64,000 nt of DNA from Octopus sinensis (taxonomy: Eukaryota), in NCBI RefSeq assembly GCF_006345805.1, contig NC_042999.1, positions 150,412,001 through 150,476,000 of the forward strand. The letters run 5' to 3'. How positions within the stretch are numbered: position 1 is the stretch's first letter; each line of letters opens with the position of its first letter. The notes under the pieces were generated by a model that worked only from the letters and a program-made list of their open reading frames with translations, ran no database searches and was not told where the DNA came from. Made by a program: the position numbers and the translations under genes. Below are positions 12,331 to 25,544 of the stretch, piece by piece.

Positions 12331-14341
12331 TATCAATGTGGGCATTCACGATTGTGGTTCATCCCACAACGATATTTTTCACATTGAATTCCGATATAAT
12401 CAATCTACACTCTACGAAAGTTCAGGAAGGGGGACACAGACTTCTATAGGTTATGCCTCACATAATTAGGGTTTCTTTAAAGCACGTACTCCAAAGATCA
12501 AAATTGGCAATTGATGCTAAAAAGTATAAAAGAATTTATTGAATGTACATGAAACAGCATCCATTCGTCAACACGGAAGTCTCTGATACATAACAATATG
12601 ACAATATGTCCCCTTATAAACATACATCAATAAACATGCATTTAAATGGGCTAATTAGCCATCATGCGTATAGACACGAGTACCTGGTAAATATATGTTG
12701 ATATTTTAGCAGTTTATAAATATTATTCTTTATGCTTGAATACCCCCTTTAAGCACATCAACTACTTTTAGTATCGTAATTTAATTAAAAATTGACCTTG
12801 ATCAAGCAGAACTATGATCAAAAGTATTCCATCCGTGACGTCCCAGTCTTTTTAGGGTTATGTGTAAATGTATAAACTTAACCATACGGGTACTTTATCC
12901 AATGCTTCATTTCTTTAATTAAAGCTGATGTGTTGTTGCGGTCAATTTGGCTGCTATTTCTAGCGATCACATGTCTTTCTAGTATGTGTCAAGTATGTAT
13001 ATGAAAAGGTTGGCGATCTTTCGATTATAGGAAAATATAAATGTGAGGAACAGAAAAATCAATAAAAGTTTTAAAAATTTAGTAACATTTGTAGTCTTTC
13101 AGTCCGCTAAGTAAAACAATTAGATTGTAACCTATTTCTCGATATTTAAAACGATTATTGTTGTTTAAACATTAGGTGTCTCAACAGAGTAGACTTATGA
13201 TTTAAGATATTTCAACTGTGTCCATCCCTGCAAGTTTCAGGGGTATAGGGAAAACACATGATCTTATATGTCAATTCCTTATTTAAGATGGTAGGATATG
13301 ATTTAAGGGAAGTTTGGTTGCTAGTTTTAGAGGATCGAAAAGGCAGAGACTTTGTTGCTGTGTCTAATTTAGGATTAAAAAAGAAAACACTCCGAAGTAC
13401 ACACGATCTGAAAAGATGAAATGACATCAAGAAACAAATTATAAATATTAATGACGGACTGGAAAAATAATCGAAACAATAACAGGGTTAAACATAAATA
13501 AATATCGCCACTCACGGTTTTGTTGAAGTTGGAAGTTATACGTACCTTGTTGTAGTTTATTTAGGGACTATTGCGCAACAAGACAATCCGTAATAACAAC
13601 ATATATAATAATACTTCTATAACCTCTATAATCTGAATAAATTTACTACTGTGAAAGAGTTTCTATGACTGTTGTAATATCATTAAATCTACTATTGTTA
13701 TAAAAAAATGAATTTACATAAACTTTTACCATTGATTCACGATAATGTATTCCTCCGCCTGATATTTCGCGCGCTTTTCGTACCACTATTTAGATGACAA
13801 ATAAAAATGTAGGAACAACTGTTGCTTAAAAAATGTTGTAAGGTGGTTCCATTTTGTTGTAATTGATTGTAATATTTGTTGTTTTTATCGAATCATCTAG
13901 TTTTTGATGATATAAAAGACACGTGGGTATATTAGAAGCACGCTAATTTCTTTCGCTCATAATATTCAATGATAAAAATGTTCGTTTTATAGGGGGAAAA
14001 AAGTGAGTCATATACGATCAAACACGTAATCTCTGATTTGATTATTTAACTCTAAAACGCGAATATAAAGTATGTTCTATTCCTTCTTTTTTTTTTCGTT
14101 TGTTTGTTTTTTTTTCTTTTTTTTTGTACTTTGCAAAGACTAACGGCAGTTAAGGGATGGCTTAAAGAAAAACTTAGCTAACATCATTCTCAATGGCATA
14201 AACAAGTCTGAAAAGTGACGAGAAAGAGTTGATTAAAAAAAAAGGCTTATCAAAACAAACACAATGCCAGGAAATTTGAAGTTAAAAAAAAAGGGAGATT
14301 TCAAAAAATCGGATCCGATGCATGAAACCGAAAAGATTCCC

Positions 14342-14403
<62 letters not shown>

Positions 14404-14505
14404 TACAGTCCTTACAGCGTCGGGCATTTCTCAGTGTCGGACAAAATACCTTGTAAACAATCGTGACAATGTTTCACGATTGTTTACGTTCTCAGTTTAA
14501 ATTCC

Positions 14506-15751
14506 AGGACTTCTTTTTGTACCCACCCTTTATTTATTTATTTTTTTATTTTACAGAAACCCCCGTTTTCGGGTACGGAGATTACGAATCCGAAAAAAAA
14601 AAAAAAAAGGCAAAAATCAGTATTTCAAAATTTCAATCTCCACTTCCTCAATTTCTTCATTTTTCACTTTTTCCAGAAATTTGTTTCTTGCCAAATATGT
14701 GGGAAAATACGGAGATTATGAATCTGAAAAAAATTGTAAGAAAAGTTGTAAGAAGTCGACGAAAAACCAAATACCACTTCGGAAAGGAATTTGGTTTGGT
14801 CATAGCAATTTGTCTGGCAAAAAGTTAAAATTAAGTTTTCTTGTTGCCTGCGCTCCGGCCCGCTTCGCTTTGTAAATTTTGCTCAGTATAGTTTTACAAG
14901 ATGGGCAACGCATTTATTTGGTTAGGAGCCGAAGTTCCTGGTAATAACTTTTTTTTATAATACCTCTTTTTACCGCGGGAAACTTCTCTGAAATTTTATC
15001 GCCAAGAAACAAAGCCGGCCAGTATGAGATTTTTGTCGAAACTCATCCCCAATCGACTTCTAGGCCATATGAAGCGTAAATGTAAAAAATTTTATTAAAA
15101 ATATGTGAGAAAAAGAGTTTGTGTGAGAACTTGCTGATATTTCTAGCATGTGGATAGACTGCTTGAAGGCTTATTTGACGTACGGGAGCGGGTGGGTTAG
15201 GTCTTCATCAAATGCGCCCAATTTGTATTTCGAAGTATTTAAAAAGTTATTTGGAAATCATAACGAGAAACGAACAGAATCGGGCCGTCCGCATTTTAAA
15301 ACCGAAAGTAAATTTTAAAAAATTCCCAAAACCTTTCCCCATGTCGCCCACCCATCGTCACATCACTTCCAGAGTTTCACTTTTAGCGTAGCCGTCAACG
15401 CATGCGCAATGGCGAAAACGGTTTCAAAACTTCGTGTTTATACCGTAGACTGCGAGGGGAGAGAGAGGGGAATTTTTTTCTTTTTTTAATTGAAATTTTA
15501 CAAAGATTTTTGGAATTTTTTTTTCAGAATCATAATCTCCATATTTTCCCACATATTTGGCAAAAAAAAAAAAAATTCTGAAAAAAGAAGAAATTGGGGG
15601 AGGGGAGTAAATTGAAATTTTGAAATAGCGATTTTTGCTAATATTTTTTTTACAGATTCGTAATCTCCGTACCTAAAAATGGGGGTTTCTGTTAAAAAAA
15701 AAGACATTTTTATTAAAAAATAATGGGTGGATGGGTACAAAAGGAAGTCTT
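14506..15751. mobile_element. Non-autonomous DNA transposon with ~250-bp long TIRs; shorter relative at 28842-29268
   Basis: AGGACTTCTTTTTGTACCCACCC...GTACGGAGATTACGAATC on the left mirrors GATTCGTAATCTCCGTAC...GGGTACAAAAGGAAGTCTT on the right. No TSD is evident. Confidence 0.7.
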
Positions 15752-16323
15752 TCCACTCCTTCCCCCAAACTTCTAACAGGAATAATTATTAATTTTCTAC
15801 GAATCTAAAAAGATGAGCCCCATTTAATTTTGCTCAGATTGCTTTCAAATTTGGTGTATCAATGCAACTCTGAATTTTGATTACAATCAACCATATATTT
15901 CATCTCGATGTACTTGTGTACATCATTAATATATAAGTGTGTGTGAGTGTGTGCGCGCGTGTGCGCGTGCGAAAGGGAACGCCTATCTCAGCGATAAGTA
16001 GTACACATAAGTTGGAACTTTTCCGTTTTGACGGGGATTTTCCAGACTTCTTTTTTTTCTTTTGATGGGGGACATTCTTTTAGTAACAAAAAAAAAAAAA
16101 AATTCGAAAAATGATGTTTTCTTTACACACACCGATTTTGGTTGATTTTTGTGGGCACTAAGCACAATGATTTTTTTTACCCACTCCTCCACCTTCGGAC
16201 CGACTTTTGTCGATTTTGAGGATATTACGCACTTAATAACGATGGGAGAAACATTTTCTTCAAAAAAAAAAAAACAAAAAAAAATCAACCCCTTTTTTAT
16301 GAATTTCTTTCTTAACAATACAC

Positions 16324-16810
16324 ATGATCTTATCTCCTTATCTCCTCAAAGACATACAGCATCTCGAAAGAGTCCAGAAGCTGGCTACCCGCATGGTTCA
16401 TGGTTTCAAAAATTTGTCTTATGAAGAAAGGCTGAGGACGCTCGACCTTTATTCTCTAGAAAAACGCCGCCGCCGTGGTGATCTCATTCTCGCTCACAAC
16501 ATCATAAGCGGAAAGTGTAACCTCTCGAAAGAGCTGTTCTTCACTCCTGCCCCAGAGCGTCGGCTGCGGGGTCATTCCGAAAAGCTCTACCTGCGACGAT
16601 TTCATCTCAATCGAAGGAGAGGAGCTTTCTCCGTCCGGGTTGCGGATCCGTGGAACAAGCTGCCAGACGAGATGGTGAAGATGCCGACGACCGCTTTGTT
16701 CAAAGTCTCCCTTGACCTCAAGTGGCCTGAACTCTTTACATGAACACCACCCTGTACTTAACTCCATGTCCCCCTACATGGCCTTGCTATTTGCTTTTGA
16801 GCCAAAATTA
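16324..16810 (+). mobile_element. CR1-clade LINE 3' fragment
   Basis: ORF 16324-16743 contains LERVQKLATRMV..LSYEERLRTLDLYSLEKRRRRGDLI and FSVRVADPWNKLP. Confidence 0.9.
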
Positions 16811-17811
16811 ACTAACATGATAATTTTTTTTTTTTTTTGACGTTTTTCCATTACTCAGTTAAATGTTTATGGGGAGAAAATATTAAGCAAAGAAACAAGG
16901 AAGGTATCAGATGGTCGTGAGATGTGCTAAAAACAACAAATAAATCGCCCTTGACTTTTTTCATAATGAAACCATATTCAATACCGTATTTATGAATGTT
17001 TCTCTCACCATGATACACGGAATCTTTTTTTTTAAACCTTTTTCTATTACTCAAACGAAAAATAAATGAATCTAAAAAAAAATTTTTCAAACTTTTTCCA
17101 TTACACTCAAGCAAAAATATAATTTATGAATTTCTTTCTTTTACCATTGCCGTTGAAAAAAAAATCTAATTCACCAGAAACGATGTGCTGAAGTGAAGAG
17201 ATAAGCTGAAATGCTGTTGGTGTGAAAGTAATAAGGTGGCGGGAAAATTTAAATTCCTGTGTAGCAAGACTAATTTCTATTCTGGCATATTGAAAATATT
17301 TTGATTTATATTGACTCACCATGTTAATCTATACCAATCATGTGAGTGTTTGGACATTTGTTGATTTTGATTGAGTGATGCGTGTGAATTGGATCGAAAG
17401 TCCAATCACGTTACGCGTAATGTATTCTTCATTTTTTCCATAAATTGGTGCGACAAATTATTTACGAGTCAGAGGGATGAGAACTTTTCATCAAAGCGAG
17501 TTACGTGGACCCTGTCGTTTTTTCAGTGAAGAATTAATATGGAAGCACTCCGTCGGTTACGACGACGAGGGTTCCGGTTGATCCTAATCAACGGAACAGC
17601 CTGCTCGTGAAATTAACGTGTAAGTGGCTGAGCACTCCACAGACACGTGTACTCTTAACGTAGTTCTCGGAGATATTCAGCGTGACAAAGAGAGTGACAA
17701 GGCCGGCCCTTTGAAATACAGGTACAAGAATTAATATAACGGAGCCATGAATCAAATTGTACAGGAATATATGTTACCAATAGCACTAAAAGTGACTTGA
17801 CATATTCTTTT

Positions 17812-18192
17812 CAACTCTAGGCACAAGGCCCGAAATTTTAGTGGGAGCGGGGCAGTCGATTAGATCGACCTCACAATGCAACTAGTTCTTAGTTTATCGA
17901 CCCCGAAAGGATGAAAGGCAAAGTCGACCTCGGCTGAATTTGAACTCAGAGCATAAAGACAGACGAAATACCTATTTCTTTACTTACCCACAAGGAGCTA
18001 AACACAGAGAGGAGAGACAAACGGATTAAGTCGATTAGATCGACCCCAGTGCGTAACTGGTACTTAATTTATCGACCCAGAAAGGATGACAGGCAAAGTC
18101 GACCTCGGCGAAATTTGAACTCAGAACGTAACGACAGACAAAATATGCTAAGCATTTCGCCCGGCGTGCTAACGTTTCTGCCAGCTCGCACC
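17812..18192 (-). mobile_element. tRNA-derived SINE (dimeric core); family copies at 25310-25445, 30391-30560, 35318-35945, 37700-37992, 38440-38650, 42060-42280, 44690-44840, 52445-52670
   Basis: Head GAGCTGGCAGAAACGTTAGC (A box) and GAGTTCAAATTCC/TCG (B box), followed by the core GAGGTCGACTTTGCCTTTCATCCTTTCGGGGTCGATAAATTAAGTACCAG. Confidence 0.85.
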
Positions 18193-18444
18193 AGTATCGT
18201 CACCGCAACAAACATTATTACTACTGCTCTAAAACCAGTAGTATTCTCGTTATCATCATAATCACTCTCTCTCTTTATCATAATCATTCCCTCCCGCCAA
18301 ATTGCTGCCCCTGTGGTAAAATTTGAAACCATTATTATCATCGTTATCATTAACAAAATTCAATAGGAGGTGGTGGAGTGGATGAAATTGGGATGCCAAA
18401 ATACCTGATAACAAGATTACCGGTACAAAGATTTTTCGGTATAA

Positions 18445-18570
18445 GTGGTGGTGGTGGTGGTGGTGGTGGTGGTGGTGGTGGGTGTAGGTATTGATGTATG
18501 TGTGTAGGTGTGTGTGTGTGTGGGGGGGGGAATTGGGCGGATGCGTCGCTGGCAAGTTTCTAACATTGGA

Positions 18571-18601
<31 letters not shown>

Positions 18602-18609
18602 TTAGATAG

Positions 18610-18660
<51 letters not shown>

Positions 18661-18675
18661 TATACATATAGATAG

Positions 18676-18706
<31 letters not shown>

Positions 18707-18715
18707 TGTATACAT

Positions 18716-18752
<37 letters not shown>

Positions 18753-18810
18753 GAGAGATGTATACATATAGATAGATAGAGGAAGAGAGAGAGAGAGAGA
18801 GAGAGCAATC
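18445..18810. repeat. Compound microsatellite (GGT)n/(GT)n/(GA)n/(GATA)n with a repeated GATGTATACATATAGAT module
   Basis: Directly visible in the sequence. Confidence 0.9.
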
Positions 18811-19087
18811 AAAAATAGAAATGATGAGAGAAAATACCCAAAACTGATATGTAAGCAACTTACTAATGTTATGGAATGAGAAAACAATAAAAAAAATAGG
18901 AATGATGACAGGAAAAAAAAATCTAAAACTAATATTAAAGTGACTCACCGACTTTGATGAAGAGGAAACAATTGTTTTCACTCGCATCTAACGAAATGCA
19001 TAATGAAACAATAACGCTGATAATTATCATAATCATGATCATTATTATTATTACTATTCTTGTTGTTGTCATTATTATTATTATTAC

Positions 19088-19133
<46 letters not shown>

Positions 19134-19557
19134 GAGTGAGAGAGCAGTTCATGCCATCAAAGTGACACTGGGGTAAAATATACGAAGCCCAATATACCCA
19201 TCATGACTACCCGTCTGATAAAGGTACACATGGCTATGATGCTCCCCCACTACTTCTGCTCATGATCAGAGATGCACATATCGTCAGCCACTAACCCCAA
19301 AGAATCCCTCTCAACACATGGCTATGATGCTCCCCCACTACTTCTGCTCGTGATCAGAGATGCACATATCGTCAGCCACTAAGGGACATGCTCAACTAGT
19401 TAAGGTCAAACAACTGACAAGCAAATCTGTGGTATTGAGCAGAATATTTGCTGTAGCCCATCTTTTATACCAAGACAAAACAATGTACATGATAACACTT
19501 CCAATCAGTTAAGATCAGAAGCCATGAGAGCCACTGCCTGGTACTACATCAGGGCAT
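19134..19557 (-). mobile_element. Non-coding (TAA)n-associated interspersed element; copies at 55724-56335, 56874-57088, 57368-57653
   Basis: Shared sequence GAGTGAGAGAGCAG...CCCATCATGACTACCCGTCTGATAA.GGTACAC. Three of the four copies abut (ATT)n at the same end. Strand is inferred from the tail position. Confidence 0.75.
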
Positions 19558-19585
19558 AATAATAATAATAATTATTATTATTATG

Positions 19586-19639
<54 letters not shown>

Positions 19640-19640
<1 letters not shown>

Positions 19641-19810
19641 TATGTTTGACTTTTGCTTTACATTTGTACAAGCTGGCTCCAAGTCTCACCCAGAGACCTC
19701 AAGAGACAACAAGTTGGAAGTTCATGTTGTTGTTATGCCTAGTGTGCCATATATTTGGTTTTGTATTTAGTGTTGTACTATGAGCAGTTCCCATGAACAC
19801 TATCTTTTGA

Positions 19811-19812
<2 letters not shown>
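19640..19812 (-). mobile_element. R4/Dong-type retrotransposon extreme 3' end, flanked by (TAA)n on both sides
   Basis: Homologous to 54176-54430 (CTATGTTTGACTTTTGC...GAGCAGTTCCCATGA.CACTATCTTTTGAATT). Confidence 0.75.
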
Positions 19813-19855
<43 letters not shown>

Positions 19856-20460
19856 GGATCTTTACCTTTTGACCTACATATTTAAACAATAATTTTTTAT
19901 TACTAAACACTTTCAAACTTCGGACACTGGTAGAATATGTCATATAAAAAACATCTTTTACTCTTAGCATTTTTGAGAAAAACTTATATTTACGAAGTTA
20001 TTTCAGGTTAAAGTTGTCCTATTTCAATAATTTCAACCAATCAATGACGTGTATTCAGCTGAATAAAATTACTGCTGTTGTTTGTCAACAAGAACTTCCG
20101 GTGATGCATATTTCGTTTGTCACTGTTATTTATGACAACCCTAACCCTAAAACCTTAAAACCAGTACAAACGCACGGACGATGTCATAAATAACAGTGAC
20201 AAACGAAAACTACACCGCCGATAGTTGTTGACAAACAACGGCAGTAATTTTATTCAGCTGAATACACATCATTGATTGGTTGAAATTACCGAAATACGAG
20301 AACTTTAACGTGAAATAACTTTGTAAATATAAGTTTTTCTCAAAAATGTTAAGAGTAAAAGATGTTTTTTATATGACACATTCTACCAGTGTCCGAAGTC
20401 TGAAAGTGTTTAGTTACAAAAAATTATTTTTTAAATCTGTAGACCAAAAGATAAAGATCC
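19856..20460. mobile_element. 605-bp almost fully palindromic MITE (GGATC termini) inserted in (ATT)n
   Basis: TIR GGATCTTTACCTTTTGACCTACA / TGTAGACCAAAAGATAAAGATCC, arms of ~290 bp, central CCCTAACCCTAA, flanks TTATTATT on both sides. Confidence 0.85.
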
Positions 20461-20519
<59 letters not shown>

Positions 20520-20524
20520 TACTT

Positions 20525-23500
20525 TTAATCTGCATGTTTGTTGCAATCACTTGCCGAGACACACCCAGCGTTATGGAGCGAGTGAAGGATAAGAGACGTT
20601 ACAGTATATTATTATTTTTATTATTATCATTATTATTATACTTCCGGTTGGAAGGCTAGAACGTCGGTGGAAGCTTGACAAGTACTTTTGTTATCAAAAC
20701 TAGTTTTCGTTAATATTATTGTTTAAAAGGGAACACAAGACAATAGTCTTTATCCCCCAGAAAAAAGAACTAAATAATATTTGGTCCTTGTGCTCAAATA
20801 TTAGTATTTGCGAAGTGGTTACATGTTCACAAACGAAAAGAGGCATGGAAGGGTGTAACTTTCTAACGCAAAACAAACCAGATTGTGACAGCAGGAAAAG
20901 TCACGGAAATGTAACAATTTCAATGACAAAATTGATAACGAATCCAAAAGCACCACAGACTCTATAGATAGCGATAAAATTAACCGCAACGAACGATGAA
21001 GCAATACGATGGAGAAAAACGGCGCAATTATTCGATTATCGAATAAACAACAAAACTGTAACTGCCAACTCCCCAAACAGAATTAATGGGGAAAATACCA
21101 CGATAACTGATATCAATAGAGAAAATAACAACTCCAACGACACGGAGCAGAGAAGCATAACGGAAAACAATAACAGAATGAATAACGACAACAAAAGCAC
21201 CGATGAAAATACAACCAGTACCAACGTCAACACTAGCAATAGAGAAGCGGGTGTATTTGGAAGTAACAATAGCAGTAACAACGTGAACAATTCCACCACC
21301 GCCACCATCAACAGTGAGAGCGGAATAAGTACTTTTGCAGCAGTAGCTCCAAAATGCCAACAAGAGTACTATGATATAGACATCTCTAATAAAAAAAAAA
21401 TGTTAGTTCAGGCCTACAAACTCATAAAAAGAGAAAAAACCTGGGCTAACTTTGCAATCCCAGCCGAAGTGGAGGCAGAAATTGAGAGAAGGACAGTAAA
21501 ATATAGGTGCATTTCGGTGCAGACTCGGAGAGCAGAACAACATTCCCACCTTCAAGTGGATATGGCACTTAGAGGATGTCGAATTCATTCAAACTGACCA
21601 GCTCATAATGTATCCGTTCTACATAGGTAGAAGAACAATAAAAGTTCGAGTCCCCAGAATAATACCAGGAATCAACATATGATAGCTCATGGGATGCGTG
21701 ATCGAGGCGGGCAGGGACACCCTCCTCCTAAAAGTTCAGCGGACGCAAAGAGAAGACTCGGTTGGGATGGATTTGGAAATGCTAATCCAAATGAAACCAC
21801 AAGACTTGGAGAACATCCCAGATCATGTTTGCCTCAAGGATGGGACGAAATTACCCTTGATCACCGAGAGCAGATGGATTCATTGCTTCGCTTGTGGTAA
21901 AGCAACATACCTACAAGCACTCTGCCCTCAGCGAATAAGTACAGAGGTCCGTAAACCTCCGTTGACACCATCACCAAGACTGGGAGAACAAAACACAGCA
22001 CCAGCTGTAGAAAGATCACCACCAACATCAGGGAAAGTAGCTAAAATAACAACAGTGGCGGCGGCGGTGGCAGGCGTGACAACAGCACCAGCAGGAAAAC
22101 CACGACTATCAGCACCTCGCAACCAAGCTCAACAACCTCCCATCTCTCAAACAAACACGCAGAAAAACACGAATTCACTTCCACGCAGAGTGGAGGATGT
22201 TGCGACAGACACTGGTTCTACCACATTGAAAAGTGATGATGAAGGGAAACAGTAAATTTTAAAAAAACGATAAGAAGTCACAGAGATGAGACATCTTTTC
22301 CTGCACCAAAACAAGATAACAAAGAAACTACATACACCCACAACAAACACAAACACTCAGACAACTCCTGCAGTACCACAATCATCAACTAAAGCACCAA
22401 AATCCCCACTGCAGACAGAAAAAATCTCAAAAGGAAACTGACACTACAAATTCAACAAGAACAGCAAAAACAACGACGCAGACAGCTAACTTTGTGTTAG
22501 TAAGGAGTGCCAACAAAGAGCTGATGGCCCTCTTATCACGAAGAGAAGACATTGAAAAAGGTGGTGGGGAAATCTTCTTGGACTAGCACGTGTAACGTGC
22601 CAAAGGACTTAATGATGGTAAGGATGGATTTGTACACTTCCCAAGCAATTAGGGATGCCTTTCCACACGGTGTAGGGATCCCTCAAGTAAATGCCAATGC
22701 AAAGCTTCTACAAGTGTTCCCAAAGGCTCTCCAACGGCACCAGGAGGGTAAGTAACACTCCTCATCTTTCTTTCCTACCCTTTAGGCCAATATGGCGGTG
22801 CTAAGAGTAGGTTGCATAAATATACGTGTCCTGGGGTCGTTCTAGAAGCAAGGTCGCCTGCTCAATGATCTCAGTTGGCTGAATTTAGATGTAATAGCTG
22901 TCAGTGAGATCGCAGACACATACTCCTTTTTTTCTGATGATCTTGAGATCTTTGCATCTCTGAATCGACCAGGAACGGGAAATGGCGTGGCGGTGTTGTT
23001 AAGAAAAGGTCTGGATCTCGAGATACGGTCGGTTTTCCTGGACCCGGAAGGTAAGTCGGTGTTCCTGGACGTGAACGATGATAAAGGCAGTGCCTTTATA
23101 CTGGTCGCTGTGTATGCTCCGATTGGATCGGGGCAGCCGGATTTCTTCAGACGTTTGGAGGTCTTTCTAGGGACGTCTTGTCCTTTATTGTTAGTGGACG
23201 ACTGGAACACCATCTTGGATGCACTTGTAGATTGGGTGGGGCTAGCGGATAGGTTCAGACTGGATAACATGGGCAAACTGCGTCGAGTCATCCAGATCTT
23301 ATCTAGATAGGATATTTTGAAGGCCAGCAGATAGGGAAAGCATAGGTTGTCTACAATTCGAACTCGTCAGCTATACAGATCACAAATTTGTGGTCTGTAT
23401 TGTTGACCCAGATAGGCAAATTTCGGCCAGGGATGAGGAGTTCTGCGAAATGCCAATAACAGCTGAAGATATACGCGACGCGTTGGCTAGTTGCTCCAGA

Positions 23501-23727
23501 GAGCAGTCACTGAGATTGGATGTTCTACCCTTCGAGCTTTATATTCATGTCAGACTTGTTCGGAGAGATGTCTATCGCAATTGTCAGCAGAATGGGAGAA
23601 TTCCCAGATCTGTGAGCCGAGGTGTGATGAAGCTACTGAGAAAGGATCCGAAGAAGGGGGACATTGTTGATAACTTTAGGCCTGTAACTTTGCAAATGCA
23701 GATTACAAAATTTTGGCCTAACGCGTA
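20525..23727 (+). mobile_element. Decayed Tx1/L1-type LINE: ORF1 (low-complexity N-terminus, degenerate zinc knuckle), APE endonuclease and start of RT
   Basis: Fragments read IHCFACGKATYLQALCP, LDVIAVSE, ILVAVYAPIGSGQPDFFRRLEVFL, DDWNTILD and KLLRKDPKKGDIVDNFRPVTL. The element is broken at 23727 by a mariner relic. Confidence 0.8.
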
Positions 23728-24729
23728 GAAGAATATATGAATAGGTTGAAAAGTTTAGAAGTGACCGGACAAGCGTGAACCTCGAAGAAGGAACAGAACA
23801 CCCATCAACCTCCACCACTGACATGAAGGTTCAGTAAGTTCGAGAGAAGGGTCTGGCGAATTGACGTGTGCCCATCGATGAGGTGACATGTCCTTTGTGA
23901 ATTAGTTATAGTTCTGCATACGAAAACTTCTACAAGCTTCGCTTCCGCAAAGTCTGTGCGAGATGGGTGCCAGAATAACTTACTGAAGTAATATAAGTAC
24001 AATCGTGTGTATATATTGTCTACGCTTACTCGATCGATACAACGATGAAGGCAAGGCTTTATGTAGAGAGAACAGTCACGGGAGATGAGACCTTGGTCCA
24101 TCACGTTTAGCCAGAATCCAAAAGGTAGAGTATAGAAACGCCAGGAATTACCATCGAAAAAGAAGTTCAAGGCTCAATCTTCTGTAGAAAAAGTTGATGC
24201 TAACCGTTTTGGGGGCAGCAAAAGGTCCTATACTTGAACATTATCTGGAAAAGGGGTCTACAATCACCGGGGTTGACTACATTAAAATGCTGGCCAACAA
24301 ACCAAAACCAGCAATTCGCACTAAACGCCGAGGTCTGTTGGAAAGCATGTCTTATAGTTGTACAACAATGTATTTAGACATACGAGCGCCCACATCATTG
24401 AAACCATTGAAAAATTGGGTTTCGAGTTGCTGGAATACCTTGCATACGGTCCAGATCTCGCCCCTTCCAACTATCACCACTTTAGATTGCTTAAACATTC
24501 CTTTACGATGCCGTTAATTTGCTACTGAGGAAAAGGCACAGGAAGCGGTGCATGAATAGCTGCTTGACAAGTTGAAGACCAGCTTCTCTACTGGAATAAG
24601 CAAGTTGGAAGAAGAGCATCAAAGCGCGAGGAGACGATGCCGAAAAATGGTGTAATTATTAAGCCCCTGCTTTTGTTTTTATAAATTGCGCAAACAAGAG
24701 TGGTGTTATTTTTTTGACTTACCTTCATA
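23728..24729 (+). mobile_element. Mariner (DD34D-type) transposase pseudogene with right TIR only
   Basis: Degenerate IYE*VEKFRSDRTSV..PSTSTTD, WVPE*LT, TGDETLVH and KLMLTVL...LEKGSTITG. The terminal TTATTTTTTGACTTACCTTCATA is followed by (TA)n. Confidence 0.85.
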
Positions 24730-25544
24730 TATATATATATATATATATATAGAACAAATTTTGTTAAAAACCGATGAAAGTATTGAAGAACTAAAACAAT
24801 CTATTCTTGATAACTTCATTTTCCTTTTTATCTATTGCCAGACATAAAAAAAGCATTATCCTACATGTGAGTAAGTGATTTTCTTTTTTTAGAGAAACAT
24901 ACAAAGGCCGTTCGATTCACTTCAACATTTAAGTTTAATTTGTCAAAATATTTTCGTCGCTATAAGACCGCGACCTGTTCACTGACTTAAATGTTGAAAT
25001 GAATCGAACGGCTTTTGTGAGTTTCTTTTTTTAGAGAATAAGAAATTAAAAAAGGAAACACCAAGAAAAAGAAAATATCAAGAAAAAGAAAATGCCAAAA
25101 TCTGAAAAAATTCAATTCAAAAACATCGGTCATATTTGTTGGTCGCCAGGCACTTCTTTCCGAAGTTGCCTCAGAAAAAATATGCGTTCTACACGAGAAT
25201 GTACACAACAGAAATATAACACAAATAAAAATTGAATAAAAACTAAGGGAGACAATTTCAGCTGTTGAAAATAGAGTAGTCTGCCTTGCATTATTCAAGT
25301 AAAATTAAGGTTTCAAATTTTGGAACAAGGCCAGAAATTTCGTGGGTAGGGGATAAACCATATCGACTTCAGTGTTTAACGGGTACTTATTTTATTGACC
25401 CCGAAAGAATTAATGGCATGCTAACGATTCTGCCAGCTCGTCGTTTCACTCAAGTTAAGTATGCTGAAAGGAACAAATGAATGGTTCAGAAGACCCTTCT
25501 GAGGAGAGTACTCAATATTATTATTATATTATTATATTATAATT

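Noticed and set aside
24842-24866. Possible 25-bp plus-strand microexon (TGCCAG acceptor, GTGAGT donor)
   Set aside because: It is not a multiple of three, and no other plus-strand exons are supportable in the window.
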